From: Narcine bancroftii
Taxonomy: Eukaryota
NCBI RefSeq assembly: GCF_036971445.1
Contig: NC_091473.1
Span: 206,398,001 to 206,462,000 of the forward strand
Direction: 5' to 3'
DNA: 64,000 nucleotides
In this document: positions 36,541-49,207 of the stretch, one piece after another
Layout of the letters: each line of letters opens with the position of its first letter
How positions within the stretch are numbered: position 1 is the stretch's first letter
Made by a program: the position numbers and the translations under genes
The notes under the pieces: model-generated
What the model saw: the letters and a program-made list of their open reading frames with translations, nothing else
Databases searched by the model: none
Told to the model about the DNA's origin: nothing

Positions 36541-39500
36541 GTGGTTCCCGCGAGCTCTCACCACAGGGGTTACTTCCTATTCTAATGGGATCTTTGCATT
36601 CCATTACTTTTTACAGAATGGTGCAAGTTTAATCACTTTATGCCATTTTTCACAATGTCATATTTAGAAAATATATGAAAACATAAATATGAAACGAAAA
36701 TACTGGGGCATTTGAGTCACAGAATATTGCGTGTGTTAACATATGCACTGAATGTAATATACACAGAGGTTGAAAGGTGTAACAAAGCAATTACAAGCTA
36801 TTTAGCAATTAAGCATGGATAGTGAAATGGTGTTTCAGTCTGCCAAGCCCACCGCTCTTGCGTAAGTAAAAATAACTTCCGTTCATGTACATCTGCTCAA
36901 ATATAAACACAAATTAATCACAACAATAGCGTAATTAATTCTAGGTCCATTTAGACGTCATACCACGATGTTTCACTTAACTCAGGATTTTCCTTTTTGA
37001 TATTATACTCTTTTGTATTGGACCAGTTACGGTAAGTTTAGATTAAGGGATTTCCAATAAACCCACACCAGGATTCTTTTCATGTACCATATAATGGTAG
37101 AACACAGAGGATATAATGGAAAGGTAATCATGTACCATGCACAGACGCATTGGCATATCCCGCCAATATCTCAGTGAAGTTTGACTTTGATGGATCAATT
37201 CATTTGGTTTCAGTAGTCAGTATCCCTTTGATTTGAGGAATTTTAAAATGAAAATTAACTAAATTCTGAATCCTCTTCGTGCCGCATCTATTCATGCTAT
37301 GCCATATTTCGTGGTCTTCACAATCGACAACGTCTACACGACCTCTATTTTGGGGAAGGGGGGTAAACATCTGTAAATATCAATTCCAAACCGGTCACAC
37401 TCTTTATTCCCCCCCACCCCACCTCCATAAAACAGAAGATAATCCAGATTGAAAACAGGAATACACTATTCATCTTCGCTAGTCAGCTTCGTTTGTCTTC
37501 TCAGACTCTTGTATAAGCCTCTTCAGTGGTTAACTACGATGGCTTGCTCTATTTTTTTCTGCATTTGTCTCCAGAGCCTGCAACCTTTATTTGTAAAATT
37601 GCACTCTTTTTATATTAAACAAAATGTAAAACTCTATACAGCACTTATATTTTATTATTGCATGACATGGTTTTCACAATATTTGTTGATTTGTCTGGAT
37701 CTAAGTCAACACAAAGCCATTCAATGCGAATCAGCATACATGGAAATGAACAATTCAACAATCTTCTATGCTCATTTCAGTTCGCAGCTAATTGAATACT
37801 AGAAGGACAATATCCATAAAAATGCACCTGGGAATTATGCTTAAACATTATTGGTATATTTCGCCATCTGATTTGAAGTGAGACTGGGCGTAATTTCACA
37901 AGGAACCATTGAATTGCAATACCTCCCTCAGAATTTTACATTTGTCCAATGCAGCAAAAATAGATGTATGATTCATATGCAAAAAAAAAGTTATTTGCTT
38001 TAATTTGGCTATTCGTTGGGCAGCATGGTCTGATCTAACCCATGTTCTTTTCTGTGAAATGTTCTCGAATACACAATGCTTAAATTGGAACAATGTACAC
38101 CATTTCTAAAAGTCAACGGTGTCATTCATTGGTACAAAACTATTGTAAATGTTATATCATTCAAAATATGTGACGTGTGATAACGCCCGGTGAAATCAAA
38201 CTGGGAAAATTTAATTTAACTACTTTAATTTTATTATTCACCTATATTAACCCATGAAATGTGCATTGCACTAAGGCGAGTGATAGTGAATATATCATGA
38301 ATATTAGGAGCGTTATGTATAAAGCGCATAATTTTAACTCAAAACCTGAATAAATACTGGAAATATCAGGAAAATAAAGGCTGAAATTACTGACCAGGAG
38401 ATGAAATACTACAAATGTGATTGGAATTTCTGGTCGTCAGTCCTTCTTCTAAAGACTAAAGTATTTGTTTGGAGTGGGACATGGTTAATGCACTGACTCT
38501 ATCTAGCACAAAAGCGACAGTGTAAGAAAAGGCGTGACAAGGACAAATATTCAAAGATCTGTTTAATAATAAACGGCGGATTAACCGAAATAATGTATTA
38601 TGTGCGAAATAATCAGGGACTAATCAATAAGCCATCGGTGCGGTGATCAATATCTTTGATATGCTACTTTCTCATCTCCGACATCTGAACAGTAGGGCAT
38701 CAACGGACAACGGAGCTGATTGTGAGAAAGTTGAATGTGCTTTCGGATGAACATGAGACTGCATCAGCCACTTCTGATATATTATGCAACCAACTCTCAT
38801 TATCTTTGCTGCTGAAACCCTCGATCATCGTCGTGACATTAGGATATATGCCTGGTGCTATCATAACAGTTTTAATGACAAATGAATAACTTGCCCCAAC
38901 AGAGGTCACGAATGGAAACATTGATATTCTGTCTTATAATGGTTGGTCAATCAAATATAATTTCCAAAGAGTTATTTTTTTTATGTTTCACCCATTGAAT
39001 GTTGGTTCCAGTATTTCGACCAAGTGACTATCCCTTTATATACTTTCGGTTATTGAATTAAAACACGAAAAAACCTTCTAAATATGATTCATAATTTAAA
39101 ATATCCAATGTCTCATCTATTGCCATTTTATTTTCTTAATGTTACGTTTCCACCTGCTGAAATACTAAAGACTTCAGAGAATGCGAGTTGAACTCTTGTC
39201 TTCGCGTTACTTTTGCAGAACACGGAATGATGTTAGTGAAACATCGTTTGCACTGCTTAACGATGATGCTAGTTGAACGAGATGTCGTCTAACTGTGATT
39301 CTATTTGTGTTTTAAATTAAAAGAGAGTGATCACTCAGCCGGCGTTGTTTTCTTGCAAATGAAAAGGTGTTTGCAATTCCCAGTATTGGAACGGTATAGG
39401 AGAACGGTGGAATGGGGGAGAAAATGCTATTTGCATGTGGTAGGAAGAAAGAACAAGTAAAATGGACAGGGAATAGAAGTGGACATGACTTGTAAACCAG

Positions 39501-39599
39501 GATCAAAAGCTCTATGAACTTGTTTACGTCTGAATTCCCACGGCAAAATGTCGTTTGTTGCCATTGTTACAGTGCTGAATACCTCACATCTCAGTTGTA

Positions 39600-40816
39600 C
39601 ATAGGAACATAGGAAGTAGGAACAGGAGTCGGCCAAAAATGGCCCATCGAGCCTGATCCGCCATTCAATATGATCATGGCTGATCTAATTTATGACCTAT
39701 CTCTACCTATCTACCTTCACCCCATATCCCCTAATTCCTCTATCATGTAAAAATTTATATAACCGAATTTTAAATATGTTTAATGAGGCAGCCTCAAATA
39801 TCTCCCTGGTTAGAGAATTCCAAACATTCACTACTCTCTGGGAAAAAATATTTTACCTCATCTCTGTCCTAAATCTACTCCACTGAATCTTGAGACTGTG
39901 TCCTCACATTTTAGTTTCCCCAGCCAGCTCAAAAAAACCTTTCTACATCTATCCTATCCATACATTTCATAATCCTATATGTTTCTAGAAGATCTCCTCT
40001 CATTCTTCTGAACTCGAGCGAATACAATCCTAGACTATTTAATCTTTCAACCTAGTAAACCTCCTCTGGACCATTTCCAAACCCACTATATCCTTCCTCA
40101 AATATGCAGACCAGAACTGGACACAGTATCTAGGTTCGGTCTCACCAGTTCCTTATACAGTTGCAACATTACCTCCCTACTCCGGAATTCAATTCCTCTA
40201 GTGATGAAGGCCAACATTCCATTTGCCTTCTTAATAACCTGCTGCACCCGCAACCTAACTTTTTGCGATTCATGCACAAGCACTCCCAGGTCCCTCTGCA
40301 CAACAGCATGCTGTAGTTTTTCTCCCTTTAAATAATATTTAGCTCTTTTATTTTTCTAGCCAAAGTGGATAACCTCACACTTGCTAACATTGTACTCCAT
40401 CTGCCAGACTTTTTCCCACTCATCCAGCTTAACTATGTCCCTCTGCAGACTCTCCACATCCTCATTACAATTTGCTCTTCCACTCAATTTGGTGTCATCT
40501 GCAAACTTGGCTACACCACATTTTGTCCCCTCCTCCAAGTCATCAATGTAAATGATGAACAGTTGGGGGCCTATCACTGACCCCTGCGGCACCCCACTTA
40601 CCACTCTCTGCCAACCTGATAAACTCCCTTTTATCCCGACTCTCTGCCTCCTGTCAGACAACCAATTTTCAATCCAGGCCAATATACTTCACCGGACTCC
40701 TCTTTTCTGTAACTTACTGATAAGTCTCTTGTGCGGCACCCTTTCAAACGCTTTCTGGAAATCCAAATATACAACATCAACCTGTTCCCCTCTATCCACC
40801 GAACCCATTATATCCT
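39600..40816 (-). mobile_element. CR1 LINE 3' part, young subfamily
   Basis: SGVPQGSVIGPQLFIIYIDDL..KFADDTKLSG; (ttcctatg) tail; same subfamily as 59017-61068. Confidence 0.92.
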
Positions 40817-40949
40817 CTGTGTTGTAGCCCCTCTGAAGATGCTTGCACTTCCCACTAAATGAACCGGAGAAGATTCTGAGCTGTAAAACACAAAGTTGAT
40901 CCAGGTGCTTTTATTTGTATGAAATAAAACCATAAAATTATGGAGGATC

Positions 40950-41360
40950 TAATCAGTCGCTGCATTATCGTAGGTCTAGAACCAACGTTTTGGGCCTGAG
41001 ACCATCTTGAAAGAACGAGTAAAAGGCGTCTGAAACAAATAAAAAGGCAGGTAGCAAGATATACACTGAAAAAAGACAAAATATATAATTTTCTGTGGAT
41101 CTGAGGCCACGTGAGATGAAATACTAAAGTTGATTGGGGAGAAAGGGGTTTGGTCCTGTGAAAACAGAACTGGGTTGATTGATGTAGGCAGAAAACGGGG
41201 GTGAGGGGTGTGGGGGGGTATAGAAATAGAAGGAGACAGAAATAGATGTGGAATGGGGAATTAGATATTAATGCCATCTCGTTGGAGTGTGCATAAACAA
41301 ATTATGAGGTGTTGTTTCTCCACTTTGCGTGTGGTCTCAATCTGACAGTGCTCGAACCCA
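40950..41360 (-). mobile_element. Penelope-like element 3' remnant
   Basis: Minus strand TTRKVEKQHLIICL resembles the C-terminus of the Penelope GIY-YIG region; decayed. Confidence 0.5.
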
Positions 41361-42344
41361 CGGCACACATTTTGTCACGGTAATAAGGAGGTGAATGGAG
41401 GTTGGCGGCTTGTGGAAGATCTCAACTATTGATCTGGACAGCCGAGGTGTTGAACGAATCGATATCCCATAATGACACTGGACAGGAGACAGGGACAGGG
41501 GGAGCGAGCGAAGCATGGAGGAAAGAAGGGAAAGAGTGCGAGAGAGATAGAAATTTGAAGCTGGACAGAGATGGTGAATGTCAGAGGCGTTACACCAAGA
41601 AATCATGTTTTGTAAATATATGCAATGTGAGTATTTATCAAATGAGGGACAAGAGAACCACCGCCATAATCTGCCCATGAATAGAACACGGCCCCTAGGT
41701 CTGCCTTTCCATGGACATACCTGATCCATGACATGAGAACAGACATCACCATTTGTTTCGGACCAAACACAATGATGCACCTATGGTCTTTACTGACATT
41801 TCCAATTCTGATGTGCCAGATAATGAAGAGATCAAATGCAGTGTAGTTAAACACATATCATGTCTTCTATTAGTAGAAACTCAGTGGTACAATAATTAAT
41901 GATAATGGGTGTGTACACAGTTATAGTCAAGGGGAATGACCTTGGTGGTAGAGATAATCCACCTCCAATGCCAGTAGTGCAGACTAAGCATAGTGAGAGA
42001 TTGACAGCATTACACAGATTTACCACAGCTCCATGGTCAGTGTCTGTGTTATAGTTCCTTTGGATTCCCAGGTTTTGTTTCACATTCAAATTGCTCGTTT
42101 ATGTGTTTTGTAAAACGGGGCATGTGGCTATATTTCACTGACCAAGTATGCGCTTGGGTTTCTAGTGGGGGTAGGACAATCTTTAATGCTGATTTGCAGT
42201 TACTCAGCATTATAATATGATCTCATTGGTTTTTGGTACGTTAAATATCCTGAAGATGTGGGACCAGGTTGATAAATATTTTGGAAATTTCTAGAAGTGT
42301 TGAAGGGCCTGTTTAGTTGCTGCATTCTATGCTTCTGTAATCCA

Positions 42345-42460
42345 AATCAATGACTCAGTATTCCCCCAGATAAGGCAGCTGAAGAAGGACAAAGCATAAA
42401 ATAAAATTTCAGTTCCCCGTCAGCATATACCGCTGACAACGGCTTCTGATACATTTAGAT
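42345..42460 (+). pseudogene. TCR V 5'-half remnant (B-like)
   Basis: SMTQY...AAEEGQSIK*NFS...AYTADNGF*YI. Confidence 0.55.
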
Positions 42461-42599
42461 GATAGTCACCTCGAAGATAAAAGTAGGCTAGTCACGTGAA
42501 ATCTCCCCGCTTTCCTGCTGAAAATCTGAAAAATGATGCAGTGAATGTCGTTTGTTAATTGATCATTCAGGAATCTGAAGATTTATAGTTTATACTTTA

Positions 42600-43556
42600 C
42601 GATGCTATGGCGGCTTGGCACCAGGAGGGTGAATTGTGGTGATTATCATGTGCCTTTACGATTGGTGCTGGGACAATTGTTGCTTGTCATCTATATGAAC
42701 AATCTGGATAATTCTTTGGTAAATTGCATCAGCTTATTTGTAAATGAAACAAATGAAGGCATTGTGCAGGTTTTCAATATTTCATAGTGATCTGGATCAG
42801 CAGGAGAAATGGGAATAAAAATAGTAGATTGAATGTAATGCTCACAAGTGTGAGGTGTTGCATTTTGGAAGCACAAACTTTAAAAGGGCATGCACCATAA
42901 GTGGTAAAATTGAGGATTCTGGGAATGCAGATACATTCTTCTTTGAAAGTGGTGGTCACATGTAGAATGGTTTATAAAGAGAGAATTTGGCATATTGCAC
43001 TTCATAAATAAAAAGTATTGAGTTTAGGTGTTGGGATGCTATGATAAAGTTGCGTAAGACATTGGCGAGTTCAGATTAGGATTTTATATGCACGTTTGTT
43101 CACATGACTACAGGAAAGATATTAACGTTTGAAAGAGCGTAAAAAGGATTTACTGGAATGTTGTCTAGACTTCAGGATCTTCGTAACAGGGAAATTAGGA
43201 ACAAGTCAGGACATTTTTACAATGGCTCATGGGAGAATGAGGGTAGTATTTTTGAGGGGCTTAAACGTATGAAGGCTATGGAAGGATAAATATAGGGAGG
43301 ATTTTTTTTCTCTGAGTGTAGGTGAGATACAAGCAGGATATGGGTTAAGGGTAAAAGAGGAAAATGTAGGAGGTACAATCGAGGAAACTTCTCCCAGGAG
43401 TGTGGAATGAAGTACCAGCTGAAGTTGTGAGTGTGATGTACATGGGTTTGGAGGGCTATATTCTTCGTGCATATCAGGGGTGCCACGCATAAAAGTAGTT
43501 CGGCAAAACTAGAAGGGTTGAAAGGCATGTTTATTTGCTGTATTCTATGGTTCTAT
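42600..43556 (+). mobile_element. Old CR1 LINE 3' fragment
   Basis: LVLGQLLLVIYMNNLD, KCEVLHFGS and RFTGML remnants; ttctatggttctat tail. Confidence 0.75.
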
Positions 43557-43561
43557 ACTCC

Positions 43562-43675
43562 TAGTCAATGTCGCAGTATCGCCAAGAACAGGCAGCTAAA
43601 GGACAAACTGTAAAACTAAATTGCAGTTATCGGTCCGTATACACTGCTGATGGCGCCTTCTGATACATCCAGATG
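43562..43675 (+). pseudogene. TCR V 5'-half remnant (B-like), paralog of 42345
   Basis: SMSQYRQEQAAKGQTVKLNCSYRSVYTADGAF*YIQ. Confidence 0.65.
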
Positions 43676-43739
43676 ATATTCTTCACGTTTTTCCCGGCTG
43701 AAAATCGAAATAGATGCAGAGAGTGTCTTTGGTTCATTG

Positions 43740-44185
43740 ATCAGTCAGGAATCTGATTGCGGTGGAGCAGAAGCTGTCCTTGGCCTTACGGTCCTCTACC
43801 CTTTTCCAATGGTAGCAAGGTAAAGAGGAGATGACCAGGAGGGTGATGGGCCATTGAGGATTGAGGCTGATTTCTTGAAGATTTTGTTTATTGAGTGAAA
43901 TCTCGTGCCCGTGATGTCGTAGAGAGATTTAACAATTCTCTTGAGTTTATTTTAACCTGAACGATGGCACATTCGTCCCAGACAGTGATGCAACCAGCCG
44001 GAAATCAGTCTCCGGTATACTTTAATAAATATTTGGGAGTCTTTTGTGACATACCGAATCTCATCAAAAAACCTCACAAGTTATATCCGCTGGCGAGACT
44101 TCTTCGTGATGCCATCGACATGGCGGATCCAGTTATATCCTCGGAGAGGATGACACCCAGAAATTTGCCATTATGGACCATCTCC
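43740..44185 (-). mobile_element. Decayed LINE fragment (Rex1/Babar-like)
   Basis: Minus strand KFLGVILSEDITGS...ITKKSRQRI...LR-type remnants of the RT C-terminal region. Confidence 0.5.
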
Positions 44186-45732
44186 AATACTATACCCCGT
44201 TATTCAATCTGTTGTTCAGAATTGCCTGCACATGCTGGAAGTCTAGTAACATCCTTATCTCGGATGTTTAGACGTTTGTTTGTTTCACTTCATGTTGCAA
44301 AGGATGGACAGATCCCGTGCACTGAGATTCAACGTCAGCAACAGCCATCGCCCGTCGAAATATTGGTTCCGCTTTCGCTCTTCGCTTTTCCATTTATGTT
44401 CTCCCAGGATCAATCTGAAGAGCTACCCGATGTTTGCAGATACATTCTTCCATCCAATCCCTTCTTTAAATTTTGGCCCAGCAGTGTCGTGGGGTATTTG
44501 AATAGAGTTTGTGTTGTGGCTTCGGGTTTGGCCAACCTTAGCTCATGCACGAGCCATTACGTGAAGCCGATTTTAGATTACCTTTCCTTATCAGCTACCA
44601 CCCTCAATAATGTTCAGTTTCCTATATGTGCCTGTTAGGATGATTTGGAGAATGGAAGACTTTTATGAAAATTATCAAAGAAAAATAAAATATCTGCAAT
44701 AATGATTTTGTGAAATGGAATCGCCAGGATAGAATGAATCTTGAGTTAAACGGAGAAGAAGGCATGGGGGTAAAACAAAAATCTTACTCCGCATTTGTTA
44801 TGGAAAAATTTATTTTTTTGCATAACATGGACATTAGCCTATTCAGAAAGTGTGATGTTCATATGATGCAAAAATGGATTTTCCATTCCATTACCGAGAT
44901 CGTAGCGCAGGAAACAGCCATGGTGTGATGAGCGAGAGACAAGTTTGTGGTAGTGCATAACTTTGATTCCTGTCAAAGGTATAGGTGATAAGGAAATACT
45001 GATGCATCATAGTATGGTTATATATGGAGACACAGCCTTTGTCCACGATGAAAAGTATTAATTCGTTGCCATTATCTTTTGTATTGTAGTTCCTGTGTGG
45101 GGAGAACGCATAATTATGGTCATTGGTACTGGAGTATGGCCGAAGATTGAAAGAATAAGTTTAACCTGTTGCTTTGAAGTAAATGTAATGAAGTATTGTT
45201 AGTAAAGACAAAGACACTTACCACAAGGGACCTAAATCCATGGAGTAAAACGTGTTTGTTCATACCGTCTGTTTTCCCTATTCATTTGATCACTGAATAC
45301 AGCCACGAAAGAACCAAGGGAAAGAAACATTTTCTCGCAAGTGGAATGAGTGATATTCTCGTGATATTCTACGCAATCTGTCGACAATCTCTGTCTTATT
45401 TATTTCAAATCTTCACACATTAAACCAATCAAAATCCAATTACCTTAACAAATTACCCATTCCTTTAATATGAGGCATTGTTAAACGTGATTAGCTGAAT
45501 AAGGCGATAATAACAGATTCACAGAAAGGTTGGCGAAATGCGATGTGCCCATACAAAAGAAATAAAATAAACGCAGCAGTTCCAACGAAGAAAAGAAAAA
45601 TTACAGACGCTGGTAATTTCAGGACACAGATATGTAAGGAATATTCACGTATCAAGTTGAGAAGCTTCGGATTGATCAGTTAAATCGAGGAAAAAATGAG
45701 AAATAAACTTATTGGTTAAAACGAGTAACAGG

Positions 45733-45975
45733 ACGGCATGGTTGGCATATCAATTAATGCAGCGCTTTAAAGTGCCAGCGATCAGCACATGGGTTCGAAT
45801 CCAGCGCTGTCTGTAAAGAGTTTGTAAGATCTCCAAGTTCATGCATGGGCTTTCCTCGGGGCTTCCGGTTTCCTCCCATCTTTCGAAAGCCAGGGATGTG
45901 TAGGTTAATCGCGTGTAAATTGGATGGCATGGGCCTGTTGGCCGAAATGCAGCATTACCGTGCTTTACGTCTAAA
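45733..45975 (+). mobile_element. tRNA-derived V-SINE-like element
   Basis: gggttcgaatcc B-box; tgggctttcctcggggcttccggtttcctccca core. Confidence 0.75.
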
Positions 45976-46629
45976 TTTAAAAACGGATCAATGGGTCTGG
46001 CAACATACATGGATAGAAATGATCAGAAAACATTTCAGATAAGAAACCCTTACCCAGACATGACTATTGGTTCCTAGTAAAAGAATAAACTGCTCTTTCA
46101 TTCCTTGATGCTGTCTGATCAGGCAAGTGGCCCCATCTGCTGTCTGTTCACTCCGCTATTCCGATGACCACCCAATAGAGGGCGCGATCATTTTCCAATA
46201 CACAAGGGAGTGTGGAGAAGTCTTTGACACTGATGCGCAATTTGACATACCATGGTTCATTACGGACGTTATTTTATTTTTCAACCCCAATTATTGGAAT
46301 GGAATATTAGATCCGTGTCCACAACACCGTTGAAGTCATTATATATTATTAAAACAAGATAAATATTCGAAGAAAATAGACAGTTATCAAGATCTTTTAA
46401 AATTGAAAATATGCTCCGCATCGATGATCAAAATGCTGGGTTTATATCTCAGCCTGCTCTTGGTTCTAAACTTCAAAAAAAATATCAGCTTGGTAATTCA
46501 CTCTCTGAGAGAGTGAGTATTGGAAGGTTGCCTGAGTCTATAACATTCTGCTTGGTTGCATGATCCGACAAAGATTTGTACTCCCTGTCTCGGCAGAATT
46601 TGAATGGCATGGGCACAGAAAATTGCTTA

Positions 46630-46690
46630 GAGTTGATTGGCTAAATAGAGGAACTAATAACCAATAAGGCGATTGGAGGAAATGAGGAAC
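46630..46690 (+). promoter_or_regulatory. Candidate promoter module of V A2 (CCAAT boxes plus GAGGAA)
   Basis: gagttgattggctaaatagaggaa...ccaat...gattggaggaaatgaggaa. Confidence 0.5.
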
Positions 46691-46874
46691 CGTTCTAAAT
46701 TGTGCTTTGGGTATTCAGAGAGGGAGGGAGCTTTGTACTAAGCGGACGAGGCACTGTCAAGAACATCATCATCACGAGAGAGAGCAGATTTCACATGTCT
46801 TTTCGTACATCCGATTAAAACCTATTCTGAATCAGATGGAATAAGATCAAGTTCACCCTCGACGTAACGCCAAA

Positions 46875-46926
46875 ATGATGGGCCTACCCACTTTCTGGCT
46901 TCTTACTTCAGTTGTTCTCTACACAG
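46875..46926 (+). CDS. TRAV/TRDV: TCR alpha/delta V gene A2, leader exon
   Basis: MMGLPTFWLLTSVVLYT-G then gtaag; paralogous to the A1 leader. Confidence 0.92.
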
Positions 46927-47303
46927 GTAAGTTGATGGCGTTTATACTATTTAGTTCTTTCCGACTAGGAAAATAATATTTATTCAGTGAACTTAATTCA
47001 TCAGTACAATATTGACAAATTACCAAGTCGGAATAAGAACTGAATAAGGAGTATATCCAGCTCTCAGTCGAGTGGTGGAGGGATACAATACTGTCAATTA
47101 AAGCAGGACTTTCCGCCATCCCGGTGGAAGGGTCACGCTGTTAAAGATAAATGCGAGTGCCCTGGAATGACTCTCTTCTTCCGGAATATCCTGAATGAAT
47201 GTGTGGGATATTCATTGGTGACAGTTCCATTTAATCGAAATCATCGATATTTCTCCACCTTCCCTTGAAATGGCATTTCAACTTATTATTTTTTTAGACG
47301 AGC

Positions 47304-47984
47304 TGTAATGGAAGGTTTAAACTGTGTCTTTTACTTCTGATGCTGCAAGGCTGAGAACATGCTTGTTTATTAGAATCAGCAGACATAATCTAATTTACAC
47401 CATGAGGCCCAGGGTGCCTATTGAGTAGAAACACCTAAATTCCACCATGGGGCCCAGGATGCAGTTGAATCAGAAGACATTATCTAATTTACACAATGGG
47501 GCCCAGGGATGCAGTTTTCTTTTGTTGGTCACAGACTGTCAGGAGACCTTGAAGATAATTAAATCATTTGTTCAAAGAAATAAGATCTGAAGTAAACAAC
47601 TTTTGGGTAATATAAGCCATGGTCCCACTGCTGAAGTTTGAGACTCTCCAAAAGGTGGCAACATCTCTCAGCAAGAAGAAGAACTTCAAGAGTCCAGCTA
47701 ACGTCCGGGTCGAGGGAGGTGGAGAAGCTGCTACCGGCACCGACAACCTACTACAAGTGTGCAGTCCGTGCCTCGCTTCGACAGTTGGAACCAGTCCAGG
47801 CGTTGATGAGTATAATTGGGAAGCACTTGCATATTGTAGTGTGAATTCAGCTTTAGATTTACTAATGAAGACTTGTATAAACTGAACTGCTCTCGGTGTG
47901 TCTGTGTCTATTTTCTTTCGGTAGCTCAAACGCTGTGACCAATCTAAAACGAACAAAATGAGAGGTATAAGTTTACCCAAGACA
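47304..47984. mobile_element. Solo LTR in the A2 leader-V intron
   Basis: 681 bp, TG...CA ends, 5-bp TSD CGAGC/CGAGT, absent from the A1 intron, internal ~48-bp repeat x3. Confidence 0.7.
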
Positions 47985-48063
47985 CGAGTACATGGTGGGA
48001 ACTCTGGGAATGTGCGCAGTGAGGCGATACTATTGGATTCACGTTTACTTTGGAATATTACAG

Positions 48064-48370
48064 GTTATTGTCGAGGCGACGCCGTTTCTCAGATACCGGG
48101 TATGATCATAGTGAATGAAGGGGAAGATGTGAAGTTGAATTGTAACTATACAGCTACAGGCATAAATAATCCTGGATTAATATGGTACCGTATGTATCTT
48201 GGTGGATCACTTGTCTTCCTGATGATCAGAACAAACTTTGATGGTGAGAGGAAGAAAATTCACGGAGAACAGTTTTCAACTGAGCTCGACCATATGAACC
48301 GCACGGTTCCGCTAATGGTGTCTGAAACGCAGCTGAGAGACGCGGGCATGTATTATTGTGCTCTGAGACC
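48064..48370 (+). CDS. TRAV/TRDV: TCR alpha/delta V gene A2, V exon (apparently functional)
   Basis: ttacag acceptor. DAVSQIP...LNCNY...IWYRMYLG...VPLMVSETQLRDAGMYYCALR; 62 of 98 aa identical to A1 by hand count. Confidence 0.95.
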
Positions 48371-48409
48371 CACAGAGATACATAACGGGGCTGAGACTGT
48401 ACAAGAACT
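48371..48409 (+). other. 23-RSS of V A2
   Basis: CACAGAG, 23 nt, ACAAGAACT. Confidence 0.93.
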
Positions 48410-49116
48410 AACAAATCATCTCGTGAATGAAGCTTTGAAAGACGATTAACCATTCCTTCCAGGTATCACAACACGAATGCACGGCTTGCGATAATTATAA
48501 AATTTTACACTACTGATAAAATAGACTTTTATCAGATTAAATGTACCATTGATTATAATTGAATAAAGCAAAAAAAGGATTCTTAGGAAATTTCCGTTAT
48601 TCTTGTAAGAAGACCAAGATTTCGCATTAGCATTTTCTTTGCCTGAGCGACCTTACTGGGAGAGGACGAAAAAGAAACGAGTATCTCCATAGAGTCACAG
48701 AGATTTTGCGAATTCACACGCAGTACTCCCTATTCATCGAATACGTACAAGACACTAATTCGTTTCAAACTGAGCCCAGGCCAATCCCTGGAGCAAACCT
48801 ACAACAGATCGAGGAGGCAAGTAACACCTAGGCCCATTCGTAAGCCCTCCTTGCCCTCAGTCTGTGTAAAAAGGTTCAGATAGCTGGTTTGCATGAGTTG
48901 GTATGCAACAACCCACAGCTTTATTTGTATCCTGTGATATCAAGTGGCTTCCTTTGTCGTTTTCTCGCCCTCATGTCTCAACTTCGCATACTTGTGTATT
49001 TCAGTTGCAGAGACCATGACTGGTCCGCCACCACGGTCACCGTACTTAGGGTCGTCTCCTATGCTTCGTTACTACGGGACCTTTGCCTCAGTACTCCTAC
49101 TCTGTGGAAGTGCCAA

Positions 49117-49207
49117 CACTAACGCAAACCCTGACCCTAACCCTAACTGCAAAACTAACCCTAACACTATCCCTAACTGTAAAGCTAAGACTATCCCTAA
49201 TACTAAC
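49117..49207 (+). repeat. Degenerate (CCCTAA)n hexamer array
   Basis: About 15 in-register hexamers, including several exact ccctaa. Confidence 0.75.

Noticed and set aside
43964-44638. 224-aa ORF
   Set aside because: Overlaps the antisense of decayed LINE sequence, has no recognisable domain, and is not evident as an ORF in the paralogous blocks near 12700 and 53350.
45733-45810. tRNA gene
   Set aside because: The B-box belongs to a tRNA-derived SINE head; no cloverleaf.
1778-48409. NAR-TCR cassettes or IgH-type V segments (TAILV, IgM/IgW V)
   Set aside because: No WVRQ/YYCAR-type V and no V-D-J minicluster was seen. The intact V genes have their own leader exons rather than being leaderless supporting V segments.
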